In this document: positions 34,952 through 47,619 of the stretch, piece after piece
How the letters are laid out: every line of letters begins with the position of its first letter
Numbering within the stretch: position 1 is the first letter of the stretch
NCBI RefSeq assembly: GCF_001194135.2
Contig: NC_069003.1
Location: forward strand, 22,511,235 to 22,560,056
DNA from: Octopus bimaculoides
Lineage: Eukaryota
Length of the DNA stretch: 48,822 nt
Reading direction: 5' to 3'
Position numbers and translations under genes: made by a program
The notes under the pieces: generated by a model
The model's database searches: none
Told to the model about the DNA's origin: nothing
The model's input: only the letters and a program-made list of their open reading frames with translations

Positions 34952-35180
34952 CAGTGATTTTCAACAGGGTCCGTATAAGATTTTGTTAAAATTTATGAGC
35001 AATAAATTGCTTATACTTCTATAATACACAAAATATTTTAACAATTTTTTGATACAATTCCTAATAATATTTTCTAAAAATATAATAGGATGTTTTTCAA
35101 TATCAAATGGCTGTGGGGGTACATCCAAGTAAAATAGTAATTAAAGGGGTCCATAGATAAAAAATGGTTGAGAAACACTG
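34952..35180. mobile_element. hAT (Charlie-like) MITE
   Basis: TIRs cagtgattttcaac / gttgagaaacactg; 8-bp TSD gtctacat / gtctatat. Confidence 0.88.
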
Positions 35181-35424
35181 GTCTATATTACTGAATGTCT
35201 TCCATTTAAGTTAGTAGGTTGTGATTTAAGGAAGGTTTGACTGTTATTTCTAGTGGGGTGAGCAACCATTTTTGAAATACCAGTTACTTATATTAGTGGT
35301 TAGGTGTTTTTCTAATGACATGTATTTAACATAGTTTACTTAGTTAACGATATTTAGTTATATGAACCTCTAAGAATATTAGGGACAGATTGTGTGAAGT
35401 AGTACTGTTGCATGTCGGAATTAG

Positions 35425-35790
35425 AATTTTATCTTTTACCGTGTACTTGTTTCAGTCATTAGACTGCAGCCATGCTTGAGGAATTTTAGTTGAACTAGTT
35501 GATCCTAGTACTTGTTTTATTTTTAAGCCCTAGTACTTGTTCTATTGGTCTCTTTTCTCGAACTGCTAAGTTACGGGGACATAAACATACTAACACTGGT
35601 TATGAAGTGGTGGTGGGGGACAAATACACACACAGAGGCTTCTTTCAGTTTCTGTCTACCAGATCCACTCACAAAGCTTTGGTTGTCCTGAGACTATAGT
35701 AGAAGACACTTGCCCAAGGTACCATGCAGTGAGGGTGAACATGGAATTATGTGATTGGGAAGAAAACTTCTTAACACACAGCGACATGCA
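35425..35790 (-). mobile_element. SINE copy
   Basis: Same family as 17340-17760. Confidence 0.85.
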
Positions 35791-36043
35791 TTTTCTTTCA
35801 CGGACATTTTTTTCAAAGATTTTTGTTAAAATAGATTTTTCAAAAGATATAAAGTTAGTTAATGGAATTAATAGATTCATGAGATTAATACTTGTTTGAT
35901 AACTATTAATAGATTAATAACTAGCAAAACCTGTGGAAACAACACATTTTAAAATGTTTATAGTTGTATTTGATGCATAAATTTGTAGAGCTTCATAATG
36001 TTGTTTCATTATGTTAAAGATCTGGATTATGTCTTTCATACAA

Positions 36044-36263
36044 CCCTTTCATTGCCATATTTCTGCTGAAATATACTCCTTTTGTTTCAATTAATTTTTC
36101 GAGTAATTAAGAATTTCATAAAATAATTTTGTCATTAAGTTGGTGCTTGGAACTTAAATTAGCATGAAAAATTTGATGAAAGATTTTAATTTAGATCACT
36201 TTAAAACAGGATGTTTGTGTCCTTTAATCAGGGGTGGCCTCAGGTGGGTTGGTAAAAAAAGGG
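36044..36263. mobile_element. piggyBac-type MITE
   Basis: Starts 'ccctttc' and ends 'aaaggg' followed by TTAA; a related copy lies at 38126-38336. Confidence 0.7.
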
Positions 36264-36324
36264 TTAAAATGTAATATTCCAGTTTGTTTCATTGTGTTAA
36301 AGATTTTGATTGTCTTTGATTTTG

Positions 36325-36570
36325 CTGTTAGTGTGTTGGGCTCACAATCATGAGGTAGTGAATTCAATTCCCGGTCCGGGTTGTGTGTTGTGTTCTTGAG
36401 CAAGACACTTTATTTCATGTTGCTCCAGTTCACTCAGTTGTAGAAATGAGTTGCAACATCACTGGTGCCAGGCTGTATTGGTGTTTGCCTTTCCCTTGGA
36501 TAACATTAGTGGCGTGGAGAGAGGAGGCTGTCATGCTTAAGCTGGTCTTCCACAAACAACCTTGCCTGGA
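36325..36570 (+). mobile_element. SINE of a third family, degenerate
   Basis: tRNA-like head ('gaattcaattcccgg') then 'gtgttcttgagcaagacactttatttcatgttgctccag'; related pieces at about 25010-25110, 27320-27440 and 30530-30640. Confidence 0.7.
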
Positions 36571-36574
36571 CTAT

Positions 36575-37085
36575 TTTGTATTTCAGATTGAACAAACTAT
36601 GAATGTCAATAAAGAATTAAACTGTAGAAGTGTAATTGCCGAATTATTCAACACTGGTAAAAGTGCTGGGGAAATTGTTAGAGCCATAAAGTATGCTAAA
36701 TCTACTGTTTTTAGAGTTGTAGCCAATTTGAAGTTCTCGTAGTGACTGAAAACACACACCTTGCTTCTTAACAGGACTTGAAAGATCGACTGAGTCGAAC
36801 CCATCAAAATCGATGGCGAAGATGGCTCAAGATCGAGGAATCAGTAAAATAACTGTTTCTAGGGCTGTGAGACAAGACCTCCATATGAAAATCATACATG
36901 AGGAGACACCGTAATATCCTAACTACCCACTCCAAAGCCATTCGAGTTGAAAAAAGCCCCAAACTTCTTAGTCATCTGAAGCATCATGGTGGAGACGTCC
37001 ACATCTTCGTGGATGGAAAGAAGTTCATGATAGATGAAGTTGCAAACTGTCAAAACTCACAAGTGATTGTGTATGACTCTTCCCA
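36575..37085 (+). pseudogene. mariner/maT-like transposase N-terminal half
   Basis: 'MNVNKELNCRSVIAELFNTGKSAGEIVRAIKYAKSTVFRVV' (HTH), 'MAQDRGISKITVSRAVRQDL', and 'HIFVDGKKFMIDEVANCQN' (first catalytic D region). Confidence 0.75.
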
Positions 37086-37101
37086 TGCTGGCATAGGCGG
37101 G

Positions 37102-37175
<74 letters not shown>

Positions 37176-37559
37176 TATATATTTTAGAAACTACATTGCC
37201 CAATGTGTACTTCAAGGTGGCGGTGTGATTTCAGGAGGATTTGGTTGCTATTTCTAGGGTTTATTTTGCACATATGCCCATGGAGGTGTTTTTGGATATT
37301 TTGTTTAAACATTGTAGACTTCCAAATCATTTTGAAACATGAAACTTCCTTCTCTAACTTAGCTATTATTTAACTTAGTGGGTGCAGTTGGAGAAGGGTT
37401 ATATTATTCTTGTCATTCTTTATTTTTTTAAAGTCTATTCCTGTTGTTTGCTAAAGCTCAGTGCTGTGACATTGTGAAAGTTTGCTTTATTAGAAGCAAC
37501 TTGCCAAATGACATATCTGTTTAGTTAATGCTTAACCTTTTTGTGACTTGTACTTGCAG

Positions 37560-37643
37560 AGGCATTCACCTGGGAAAGGTTCACCATGTCCCCTATGAAT
37601 GCTGACTTCATCTGACAGTCAGCCTCACATTCCAACAAGCAAA
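37560..37643 (+). other. Putative 84-nt exon; stops in all three frames but ends with ATG-initiated MLTSSDSQPHIPTSK in phase 0
   Basis: Acceptor ttttgtgacttgtacttgcAG and donor AAA|GTAAGG; not recognised as a repeat. Confidence 0.35.
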
Positions 37644-38125
37644 GTAAGGCTTCTAACTGTGACATTAAAATCCAGCTAGCAAATTTGATGAATGCCCTAC
37701 TGGGAGAGCAAGTGCATCAGATACCGCAGATGCTGTAGGCAGCATTCACTGTCGAGGAATAGAGTTCATGTTTGGTGTTTAAATGAAAATACATATTCAC
37801 ATGTGGTCCCCAGTCACATGCGTACACAGTTTGGGATAGTGGAATCTGTAGCAGCTCATTTTACTATCGATTATGAACTGTTGCAGAGGATTCCCTGACC
37901 AAGTCACCACTGGTTATCGGAGTAAACGTAGCCTTGGTTTGAAGTGGGTGATACACATACTTGTTAACTCATAACTAGGACTCTAACAGGTGCTACCACT
38001 CTGGGTCAGAATATACCCAGGAACAAAAGTGGCTAAAAGGTGGTTCCACACTCCTCAAAACTCTGGTACTTTCATACCAAGACCCTGCTACTAGATGCAG
38101 TTTAAAGTCTTACACAGGACAAAAT

Positions 38126-38336
38126 CCCTTTTGTTGTCATAATTCTGTTGAAATACACTTTGCTTCAATTAATTTAGAAAACAATGACGAGTTTAGTAAA
38201 ATAACTTTATCATTTAGCAAGTATTTTGAACATAAATTAATGTGAAATTCAGATGGTTTTAATTTAGTTCACTTTAAAACAAGAAATTTGTATCATAGGA
38301 TCAGGGGTAGTTTCAGGTGTGTTGGTACCAAAAGGA
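38126..38336. mobile_element. piggyBac-type MITE (copy of the 36044-36263 family)
   Basis: Colinear with 36044-36263 and ends '...aaaggattaa'. Confidence 0.7.
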
Positions 38337-38754
38337 TTAAAGAGAAATTTTCATTCTTTGACATTGACTTGTCTATGTAAAATTTACTTAAATTACTTTG
38401 GATCCCAATCCAGCTGAAACTACTTCTTATTCTTTGATACAAAATTTCTTACTTTTTTTTTTTTTTGGACTGTTTATATTTAAATTAAAAACCTTCCATC
38501 ATAATTGCATATGGGAGCTGTTTAAGTTATTATATTCCAAACGCCACCATAATAATGACAAAGTTAATTATTTTCACAAAACCTCTCTGGTTAAATTATT
38601 TTCAAAATTAATTGAAGTACTTTGGCAAAAGATTTTCCCAAACATTTACTTTTGAATCTGATTAGAATTTTTGGATGTTTTTTTTTCTTTTTTGTGCATA
38701 TAATTGCTGTTCCTATTTAGTCCCAGGTCAGTGGAAAGTTGAGTTTTATATCAC

Positions 38755-39050
38755 AGTCTTGGCTGTCCCTTGAGGTTGAGGAAGATGGTCTTCATTTTGT
38801 TTTTTTCTTTCTCTTGTATTATCGATGGATCCTAAGGTAACTGATGTCCAATTCTTGTTTGGAAGCTCCTTCCACAAGCGGGACAGGTAATTTTGGATGG
38901 AAGGTCCCTTCTTTGTCTATCTTTTTCTGCCTCCTCTTCTTGTTTGGCAGTCCAAAAAAAGTGGCCATCAAGATGTTACAGAGGATCACGCCCTGTACCC
39001 ATCAAACTTTAGCAGAGTGTTCTGTACCATGAAGCTAAGTGACCCCTGAC
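38755..39050 (-). mobile_element. RTE (BovB-like) LINE extreme 3' end
   Basis: 'EAEKDRQRRDLPSKITCPACGRSFQTRIG...', the C-terminal C2H2-like motif of RTE LINEs, followed by a short 3' UTR. Confidence 0.8.
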
Positions 39051-39874
39051 TAGAGTTTTATATATGTGTTTATATGTCTTCTCTTTTATAACATGGTTGG
39101 GTGGGATTTTAGGAAAATTTGGTTCAGTCATGTTTTTAAAAGTATGATAGTGTATGATGATAATCAAAATAAGTCTCTTGTTAGCTGACTAGGCAGAATA
39201 TTTGGGTTTCAATTCACGTTAGTGATTTTTCTTTCAAAGTATTATGTTTGCATAGAAGAGTTTAAAAAAAGAAGAAAAATATAAAGTTATTTTATCAAAT
39301 CATCAGCATTGTTGCCATTGTCTCGTCATCATCATCATCAGCTGTTTAGTTGTGTTGGCAGGGATTGAATAATCTTTACTGTCCAATTCAGCTATTATTT
39401 GGGTTTACTGCCTACCTAGATGGTTTGAGGGACTGCACTTCAATGGGTATGGTTTCTATGGCTTAGTGCTCTTCCTAACACCAACTACTCTACACAGTGT
39501 ACTGGGTGTATTTTACCATGGCATCATCATTAAATTATGGCAAGTCATAAACACACCCAACCTGGACAAAATAACAGCTGACCTCTTCTCTACCAGTTTG
39601 AGGTTTTCTTATTTTGTAGAGAACATTTTTTACATTTTCTTTCCTCCTATTATCTTTTTAGACATAATATTTGAATTAATATTCACTTTTCTGATTTATT
39701 TTGCCTCTATATTACAATATAGGTTACAATAAAATAAGTTATAAGTTCTACATTTAATATTGTGCACTGGAGTTTCCAAAACGTTAAGACAAATAGTGTA
39801 AGGAAATTTCAGGTGTCTTTTGAAATTTTTTTGCTATCTTTATTTTGCATTTGATGTATCAAATTTCTCTCTAG

Positions 39875-39992
39875 AGACCTATTTGTCATAAATATGTCAT
39901 AACCAGTGTTTTTGTCGATGGTTTCAAAACATCCATCCAAAATGACAGTTGGAAAGAAAATAATTATCAAAAAGAAATCTTACCTGATTACA
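39875..39992 (+). CDS. Putative coding exon RPICHKYVITSVFVDGFKTSIQNDSWKENNYQKEILPDY
   Basis: Acceptor aaatttctctctAG and donor ACA|GTAAGT; only the phase-0 frame is open across 118 nt. No confident homology. Confidence 0.4.
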
Positions 39993-40517
39993 GTAAGTAT
40001 GAAATAGATACCAAACTGCATGGTGAACTTGGTTCACAAATGTTAACTGTATTACTGTAAACACTATAACAACAACGATTCTGTTGCAGTGCAGATATAA
40101 TAGAATTTCATTCTTTATTTAATCAACTTCTCTGGTATAACTTGGATGGTAATTTATAGCACATTTGTTCATTATGCTTGTGTTGTCTTTTCTTGGTTGT
40201 ATTTCTCAGCTGAAAATACATTAAGGACGTAATAACAATCTCCTCTGATTAGAGGAGTAATGCAACTATCTATCAACAAGATATTTGTCTGTGCTCCAAT
40301 AATTGATTATTCTTGGCAGTCACTGCATTCCCATCGAGATATTATTAGTGCTAAGAAACATTAACATTTCATTTAAGCAAGTGGTCAGTTATTTATTGTT
40401 ATTCTTGGTGTATTTTAAGTGTTTCACATTTTGATTTGTTTCAGTGTTACCATTATCACAAAAGTTGTTAAAGGAAAGCATCCCCCCCCCCACCATTAAT
40501 GTTTTATCTTCTCATAG

Positions 40518-40546
40518 ATTGGGACCAACATCAGAAGAAAAATTAG
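40518..40546 (+). CDS. Putative terminal coding exon part (NWDQHQKKN*)
   Basis: Acceptor gttttatcttctcatAG; phase-compatible with the 39992 donor; TAG at 40544-40546. Confidence 0.3.
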
Positions 40547-41049
40547 ATAAAAATCAGTTGGACTAAGTGGACCATTCACCAACATTTAGCTAGTGTTGTA
40601 GATTGTTTTTCAACATTTCTTAGTGCCGTCTGTGGCTTCTGCTTCTCTTTGGTTACATTAATTTGGCAGATCAATATCAGATTCTTTAATTTAAGGTGTT
40701 TGAAATTTTTTTTTCCAGTATTATCTTCAGTAAAATATTAAAATTTTATTCAAATTGACATCAATCAGTAGACCCAGGATGAGAAATTTTAGATAGCGTT
40801 ATAAGAGGAAACTTGCTACGGGGTGAGTGGACAGCAAAATGAATCTTCAGAGGAAGAACTCTTGTCAAACAAGTGTTTTAGCCCATTCGTTCCTGACACT
40901 CTAAAGGAGCAAGGCTTACCTTAATAGTGACTCCTAATTGTCCTGCTATTATTTAGATACTACCTTTAGTGGGTATTGAACTTGGAAACTTTAAGTGAAC
41001 GTATTGCTCAGCCATAAAAACTACCACACAAACTTGCAATGTTTCAAAC

Positions 41050-42850
41050 TGGGTTTCCTTCATCCTATATTTATTTGCTGTATTCTTTTCAGTTCCATCT
41101 GTAAATTCTTTTTATCCATAATCACTTTGAACTCTTTTCAGCTGTCTTTAACAGCTGTCACTATTCTTTTATAACCCTTGATTTCAAGCTGACCAAGTAG
41201 TTGGCACATGTATTCTGCAGCAAACATCCATTCACCCACTTCCACTGCATTTACTGAGCAATGGTACACTTCTTTCATTAGAACTTTCACAAGGTCATCA
41301 TACTTCTTCATCTTAAATTGATGTTGTTCTTCTACTCAGCTCTCATAAAGGTCTGTCATCTCAACCAAGATGATTCTGGCACCTTATTTTGACCATAGAA
41401 CAATATCTGCTCTTTGTCCTTTCATACTGATGAAATTGAGATAGTTTTTGTGCTAATCTGAAAGGTCTGTGCATATCCAAGTAGATCTTGTCCAAGCACA
41501 GCTTCATAACTGAGCTTCTTTTTTGACCCAAACTACTCCTCTTCCATTACAAACATCAGGGCTGAGTTCATGGCTTCAGATTGCATCTGACCTCTGAATG
41601 AATTAGCTCCTCTAACATTCTGCTTTGTCTCTGTGTGTATCTGCCTTTGGCAAAGAGCCAACTTGCAGGAACTAAGCACATGTCCCATTGTTTGCGGTTT
41701 GTCCTTGCACAGAGGATAACTTGGCTCTTCCTCTTTGCCCCACTTCAGAAGGTTGGTCTTAGAGAGAAGTAAGTCACACACAGCTCATATGATGAAGCTT
41801 AATTCAAGTGTTGCCTTGCAATGACTCATCTCAATTTGTTCACTAACTTGTTGAGATTGTTGTACTGCTTCTGTGTACCTCCTTTTTGATCTCCTCTTTC
41901 CTTCCTGAATTACCAAGTTTTGACAGTCTCTACACCATTGCATTTTGCAATGGTGTCTAGTCTTTGTTTCACTGTTTGGGTAAGTTCAATTTATTTCTTT
42001 AACTCGTTAGCATTTAGATTATCTGTCATATGTAATGCTTACTTGTTCACTTTTTATTTTTTTAATTAGGCATGCATTATCTCACAAGTTTGAGATTGCA
42101 ATGGTATGATTGTTTATTTTTACACTGACATTGTAGGGTAGGCATGAAAGGCAGGATCTTCCATTTTCTGCCAAGTTTTCAGTGTAGTCTGTAATGATCT
42201 TACCATTCTGTCCTTGGAGCATTCTAACATCTTCCGCAGACTCATTTTCTACTTTATATTTTTCTACAACTGACTTCAGTGGCAACTTCAGTTTTGCCTG
42301 TTGGCAGTATAGGGCAATGTCAGACTGTTGAGGAGGTACACCTAGCCATTTTCTAGTGAATTTATTCACATTTGCCTCCATTACCCCAACTATGGCAATT
42401 TTATACATGAGTAACAGCTACAGCAACATGTTCTAGGCACCACACTTTGTATTTCCTCACCAATGGGCTGCTGGTAGTCTACTCGAGACCTTCATCTACC
42501 ATTTGAGTGCACTCTTTCAGCTGTTTGGTGTCTTTCAGAGTCTTGTCATACCATCTCACTAGACTTTTCATATGTGTGTTACGTAGTTGTGAAGTAAGAA
42601 ATTCTAGTACAGTGAAGTTAAGAAATTATTAGGACAAACAGACCTCTCCCTGAAGGCCCCCCAAATCTCTCCGCCCATGCTCTTTGGAATTTCATCCTTT
42701 TGAAATTCCTTCCCTGCAACCTTCAACATGTATCTTAAGATGAGCATTCTTAAGATGAGGATCAACCGCATTAATCCTGGAGGACTTGCAAAGGGCCATT
42801 GTATAAAAATGTCTTCCTGACCAAACTTTGAATAAGGATAGAGAGAGAGG
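41050..42850 (-). mobile_element. RLE-type (R2-group, HERO-like) non-LTR retrotransposon, degenerate 3' part
   Basis: RT thumb 'MEANVNKFTRKWLGVPP..SDIALYCQQAKLKLPLKSVVE', CCHC-like 'WGKEEEPSYPLCKDKPQTMGHVLSSCKLAL', then 'ILVEMT..YES..EEQH.FK..KYDDL' (restriction-like endonuclease region). Confidence 0.75.
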
Positions 42851-43207
42851 GTAGGTTCTCATTTTCAGTCTTTACAAATAAATTATCATAGTTTTATTAT
42901 TTCTGCGGTTGATTTCTCAGTTTAGAATAAAAAGCTTCCTGCTCAAATCCAGCCTGGCTCTATGTACACTTGCAAAAATTAGACATTTGGTGATGGTCAA
43001 AGATCAAACTGATCAAAATGTTGTCTGGATGCAATTATGTAAAAAAGTGTTCATCTTCAAAGATGAGGTCACTAATCTGAAAAAGGATAATCTTATTAAC
43101 TCAACTTTGACATTTAAATATTACTGGTTTTCCTCTGTTTCTAAGTTTTATAAATACACTCTTAAATGAGGTATTCTGTTTAGGTACTCTTTTGCATTTG
43201 TTTGCAT

Positions 43208-43238
<31 letters not shown>

Positions 43239-43857
43239 TTTAACATTCGTTTTCCATGCTGGTATGGGTTGGGCAGTTTGACTGGAGTTAGCAAGTTGGA
43301 GAGCTTCACCAGACTCCAATCTGATTTGGCCTGGTTTCTATGGCTGGATGCTCTTCCTAATGCCAATCACTTGACAGTGTGTGCTGGATGCTTTTAACGT
43401 GGCACCACACAGGTGCTTTTTACATGACACCAACACAGGACTCTTGCAGGCCACTCCTCCTCATCAGAGGGAGCAGCCTTAACACCTCTCAAACTTGACA
43501 TGTATGTCATAGTGTCATCATCATCATTTTATCTGCTATGCATGGTGGCACGGGTTGGATGGATCATCATAATCCAAGCTACTTCTCATCCTACATGGGT
43601 TGTACAAGCATATCTTGCTCATATGTGAGTCAACAAGGCCATTGTCAAGGACTGGCATGCAGACTCACTCCCCATTGAAGTCAACTGCTGTGGTTTTCCA
43701 TCTCCATCAGTGTGCTATTTTCTGCAGAAGGTAAGTCTGGAACCCAGGCAGATGAAGAAAGCCATCGGGGAAATAGGTACAGTAGTTGTAGCTCCTGCAG
43801 TTTCTGTGTGGGGCACAGTGTCTCTGATGTTAATTCATCCACTTATATATATAAGCA

Positions 43858-43860
<3 letters not shown>

Positions 43861-43946
<86 letters not shown>

Positions 43947-43987
43947 GTGTGTATGCACGTGCACACACACACGCGCACACACACATG

Positions 43988-44030
<43 letters not shown>
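43861..44030. repeat. (GT)42 facing an imperfect (CA)n tract across a GCACGTGC centre
   Basis: Direct reading: (GT)n at 43861-43944, centre at 43955-43962, (CA)-rich tract at 43963-44030. Confidence 0.95.
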
Positions 44031-44032
<2 letters not shown>

Positions 44033-44814
44033 TAAGTAGGTATGTGCGTCTGTATATGATGTTATGATGTTCAAACCTCAAGAGTATGCCCTGGCACTGT
44101 GGTTGACTTTGCTTTTCATCTTTTTGTGGTTGATAAAATAAGTACTAGTTGAGTATTAGGATTGAGATATTTTACTTGCTCTGTCCCCCCAAACTTCAAG
44201 CCTTGTGCTTATAGTAGAAAGGATTATTATTTTTGTTCTTGTTATTATTATTATTATTACAATTATTATTATTGTTGTTTGACATTTCCTGAAAGCAGAT
44301 TAGAAAACAGAATAATATTATCAAATGTCACTGTCATTTATTTATAGTACAAGGTTTCCTTGTTCCAGTGTTTTTTTTTTTTCCCCATATATTTATCGTA
44401 GAGATTTCCTTGAACAAGTGAGTTTCCAGCTATTTTTATCTCTTTCTGCTTTATCAATCTTATTTATGTCAATTGGAGCTATTAGACCAACTTGGCATCT
44501 ATTATCTGCCTGTGACCTTCATCTAATTCTGGTTGGTCATTGTTACCAAAGGAGCCTTGCCACTTGAGTTTTGATGTCATAATAATTAACACGCACCTGA
44601 TACTTCTCATATGAGCTAGATAGTTTTGTCTTCGCCAGCACATGTGCATACGATGGATGGAAGATCCATCCATTGTATATTTAGTATAGTGTTTCTTTCC
44701 ATCATTGCTATCATACTTAATTTCTAATAAAATGAATGAATACAAAAAAATGGAAACCTTTCATATTAACAAAAATAATATTTTATTAATTATTTGGCTG
44801 ATTGGTAAGAAGTT

Positions 44815-45310
44815 TGCTGGCAGAAACTTTAGCACGCCGGGCAAAATGCTTAGCAGTATTTTGTCTGCTGCTATGTTCTGAGTTCAAATTCCACTGAGGT
44901 CGACTTTGCCTTTCATCCTTTCGGAGTCGATAAATTAAGTACCTGTTATGCACTGGGGTTAATGTAATCGACTTAAACCCTTTGTCTGTCCTTGTTTGTC
45001 CCCTCTATGTTTAGCCCCCTTGTGGGCAATAAAGAAATAAGAAGTTTGCTTCCCAGCTATATGGTTCCGGGTTCAGTCCCACTGTGTGGTACCTTGGGTA
45101 AGTGTCTTCTGTCACCTTGGGCTGACCAAAGCCTTGTGAGTGGATTTGGTAGACAAATACTGAAAGAAAACCTATGGTGTGTGTGTGTGTTTGTTTATGT
45201 CCCTGTAACTTAGTGGTTCGGCAACAGCACTGGGATCGATAAGTTTAAAATTCTTCAAGGCAGTTTCCCAGCATGTCTGCAGTCTAATGACTGAAACAAG
45301 TATAAGGTAA
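44815..45310 (+). mobile_element. Two adjacent SINEs (44815-45030 of the 10754 family; 45035-45310 of the CORE-like family)
   Basis: Diagnostic heads, cores and tails as above. Confidence 0.85.
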
Positions 45311-46037
45311 AAGATATTATTAATCAAAAGATTACCATTAAAGCAGCTGAGTAATTTGATCTGCCACTTTCTATAAACATATATTTGGTGTGGTGGGAAT
45401 TATTTGCTATTCTACTTCATCCTTCAAATTACTGATGCAGGCACGGGATATCACATACCTTCTCTTTTCAGTCAGTAACCAAATTAATTGGTTGTGTATG
45501 TAGCATAGGAGATTATAAAATTCTTTTTTTTTTCATCTATGTAGTTTAATTAAATGAAGAATTCTAATTTAACTTAAATAGCTAAATTATTTTGTTTCTA
45601 AAACAAAATGTTTAGATTTTTTTTTTATTGCTTGCCAAACACAATGATTTCAGAAATACTTCACCTGTTTCTTTACTCTTTTAATATAAACCCATTTGAG
45701 GTTGTTTATATTGAATTGAAAATCTCAAATTTGATTGCAATGAGCAATGGTTAGAAGAATATTGAGTGAAACCTAGTGACTAGCGAGGCTACATCTCAGT
45801 AATGCCATTGAAAGGAAGGCTTCAAAATGGCACACATTCTGTCCTGATGACCTCATAAGCTTGCTTGCATCTGCAAGTTGTTTGCAAAAAATCTAAATGA
45901 AATCATAAAACTGGTTGACCAACACTGGCATTATTTACCAATGTATGAGCTAAGAGAGAAGCATCTGTGTGGTCATTCGACTGGTCAGAGATAGAACTAA
46001 ATCTCCCAATCACCCCCGCTACTAAACCACAACTTAA

Positions 46038-46254
46038 CATTTTTAGCATTTAAACCAGCCATATCTGGCCAAAATATTCTACATGTTTTATGTTCAAAAT
46101 GGCCAGATCCTGCTTTTCAGATCTATCCTACAATGTCAATCTAAAAATAGTCACATCATTGAAATCTTGATGCTACATGATAATACATGATTAATTCAAA
46201 ACAACATGATTAAATAAGTTCTACATGTTACAGAGAAATATGAATGCTGAAGGG
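46038..46254. mobile_element. piggyBac-type MITE, different family
   Basis: TTAA-catttttagcatt ... aatgctgaaggg-TTAA. Confidence 0.6.
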
Positions 46255-47619
46255 TTAAATAAAAGACCCACTGGTTAATGTAGTTATCAATACATTGCTC
46301 AAAATAAGATTGGATGGTCATCACTGGAATGTTTGATCACTTTTCTGTTTGACCCAAATTGAGCTGAGGCTAAATAAATAAACAATATATAAATTGCAGA
46401 CATTGTTTATTAAATCCTTCCAAATTTTGATTTTTATGAAAAATTGAGATATATATATATATGTACTTATAAGAAATGTAGTCAAGAAAAGGGATAAATC
46501 AATACAGAAGGGAAAATAAATCAATAGGCTCTCTGTATAGCAAATAACAACTTCAAAAAACTAGGACAGTTGGCAAGATTTCAGGGTTGGCAGCTTTGTT
46601 TATTTCTAAGGAAATACGAGCTGATTATTGTGGAAATTGTCTGACAGTTCTTTGAATTAGAGTGAGAATTATTAAGTTTGAATTAAGCAAGGTGTGACAT
46701 AATGTAAAGTATTAAAGTTACAGAACCCAGCTTTAGAATATTTTCGTAAAGAATTTGGCAATCATTTACTGCATGAATCTTCATTACTCATATGTGTATT
46801 GAGTGGCTATGTCAGACTTTGATTTTAGCTTTCAGCTTTGACTGTTTACTGATAGATTAAGTTGTTGTTTAACTTGGGTCAACCTTGATCAAGATAACCA
46901 ATGATCAGACATTCCAGCCATGGCCAGTCCGCCTTTCTACTGTGCCACACTCTTTTTTTTTATTAACATGGTAATATCTAATTTGATGGTGATTTGGTTG
47001 CTATTTCTAGCAGGTCAAGTGATCAAATAGAAACTTTTACAATTGTAGCATGTAATCCAGATAGGAGGAAGGTTGGTTAACTCTGCAGTTTGAGAGTGGA
47101 AGTCTGCTAGTTGACTGATCTCAAGTGATCTAGTTTCTGCACTAAGTACGGCATCATTATGGGACTGATGAGAGAACCAAAATTGACAAGGCCGGTCCAA
47201 TGGGTAAAATTAAAGTACAGTGTTTGTATATTTTAATAAATTTTCAAACAGTCATTTTTTGGAGGGAGTTCAGTATAGTCCTTTCTGGCACAAGACTATA
47301 GTTGAAAATGCTTGCCCAATGTGTCATGGATTGCAACTGAACCCAAAGCTGTGGTTGTGAAGGGAACTTCTCACTTGCAGCCTGTTTTGGGTTAAAGCTT
47401 CTTACCACATAGCCATCCCTATATTATATATATAATTAATCAAAAAAAAAATATGAAGAAAAAACATGAGGATGTGGTACATGCAAGGTATTAAAAAATG
47501 CTCAGAGAAGGAAAGAAAGGGTGTTTTACGTTTCAAGCAAAGCTCTTCTTCAGAAACAGGAGACAGAGGAAAGTCCAAGAGAAAAGGGAGATGGAAGGAA
47601 AAAAATCGTAGGCGTAGGT

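Noticed and set aside
43711-43730. Consensus donor AAG|GTAAGT with a nearby acceptor
   Set aside because: Isolated signal downstream of the modelled stop, with no ORF support.
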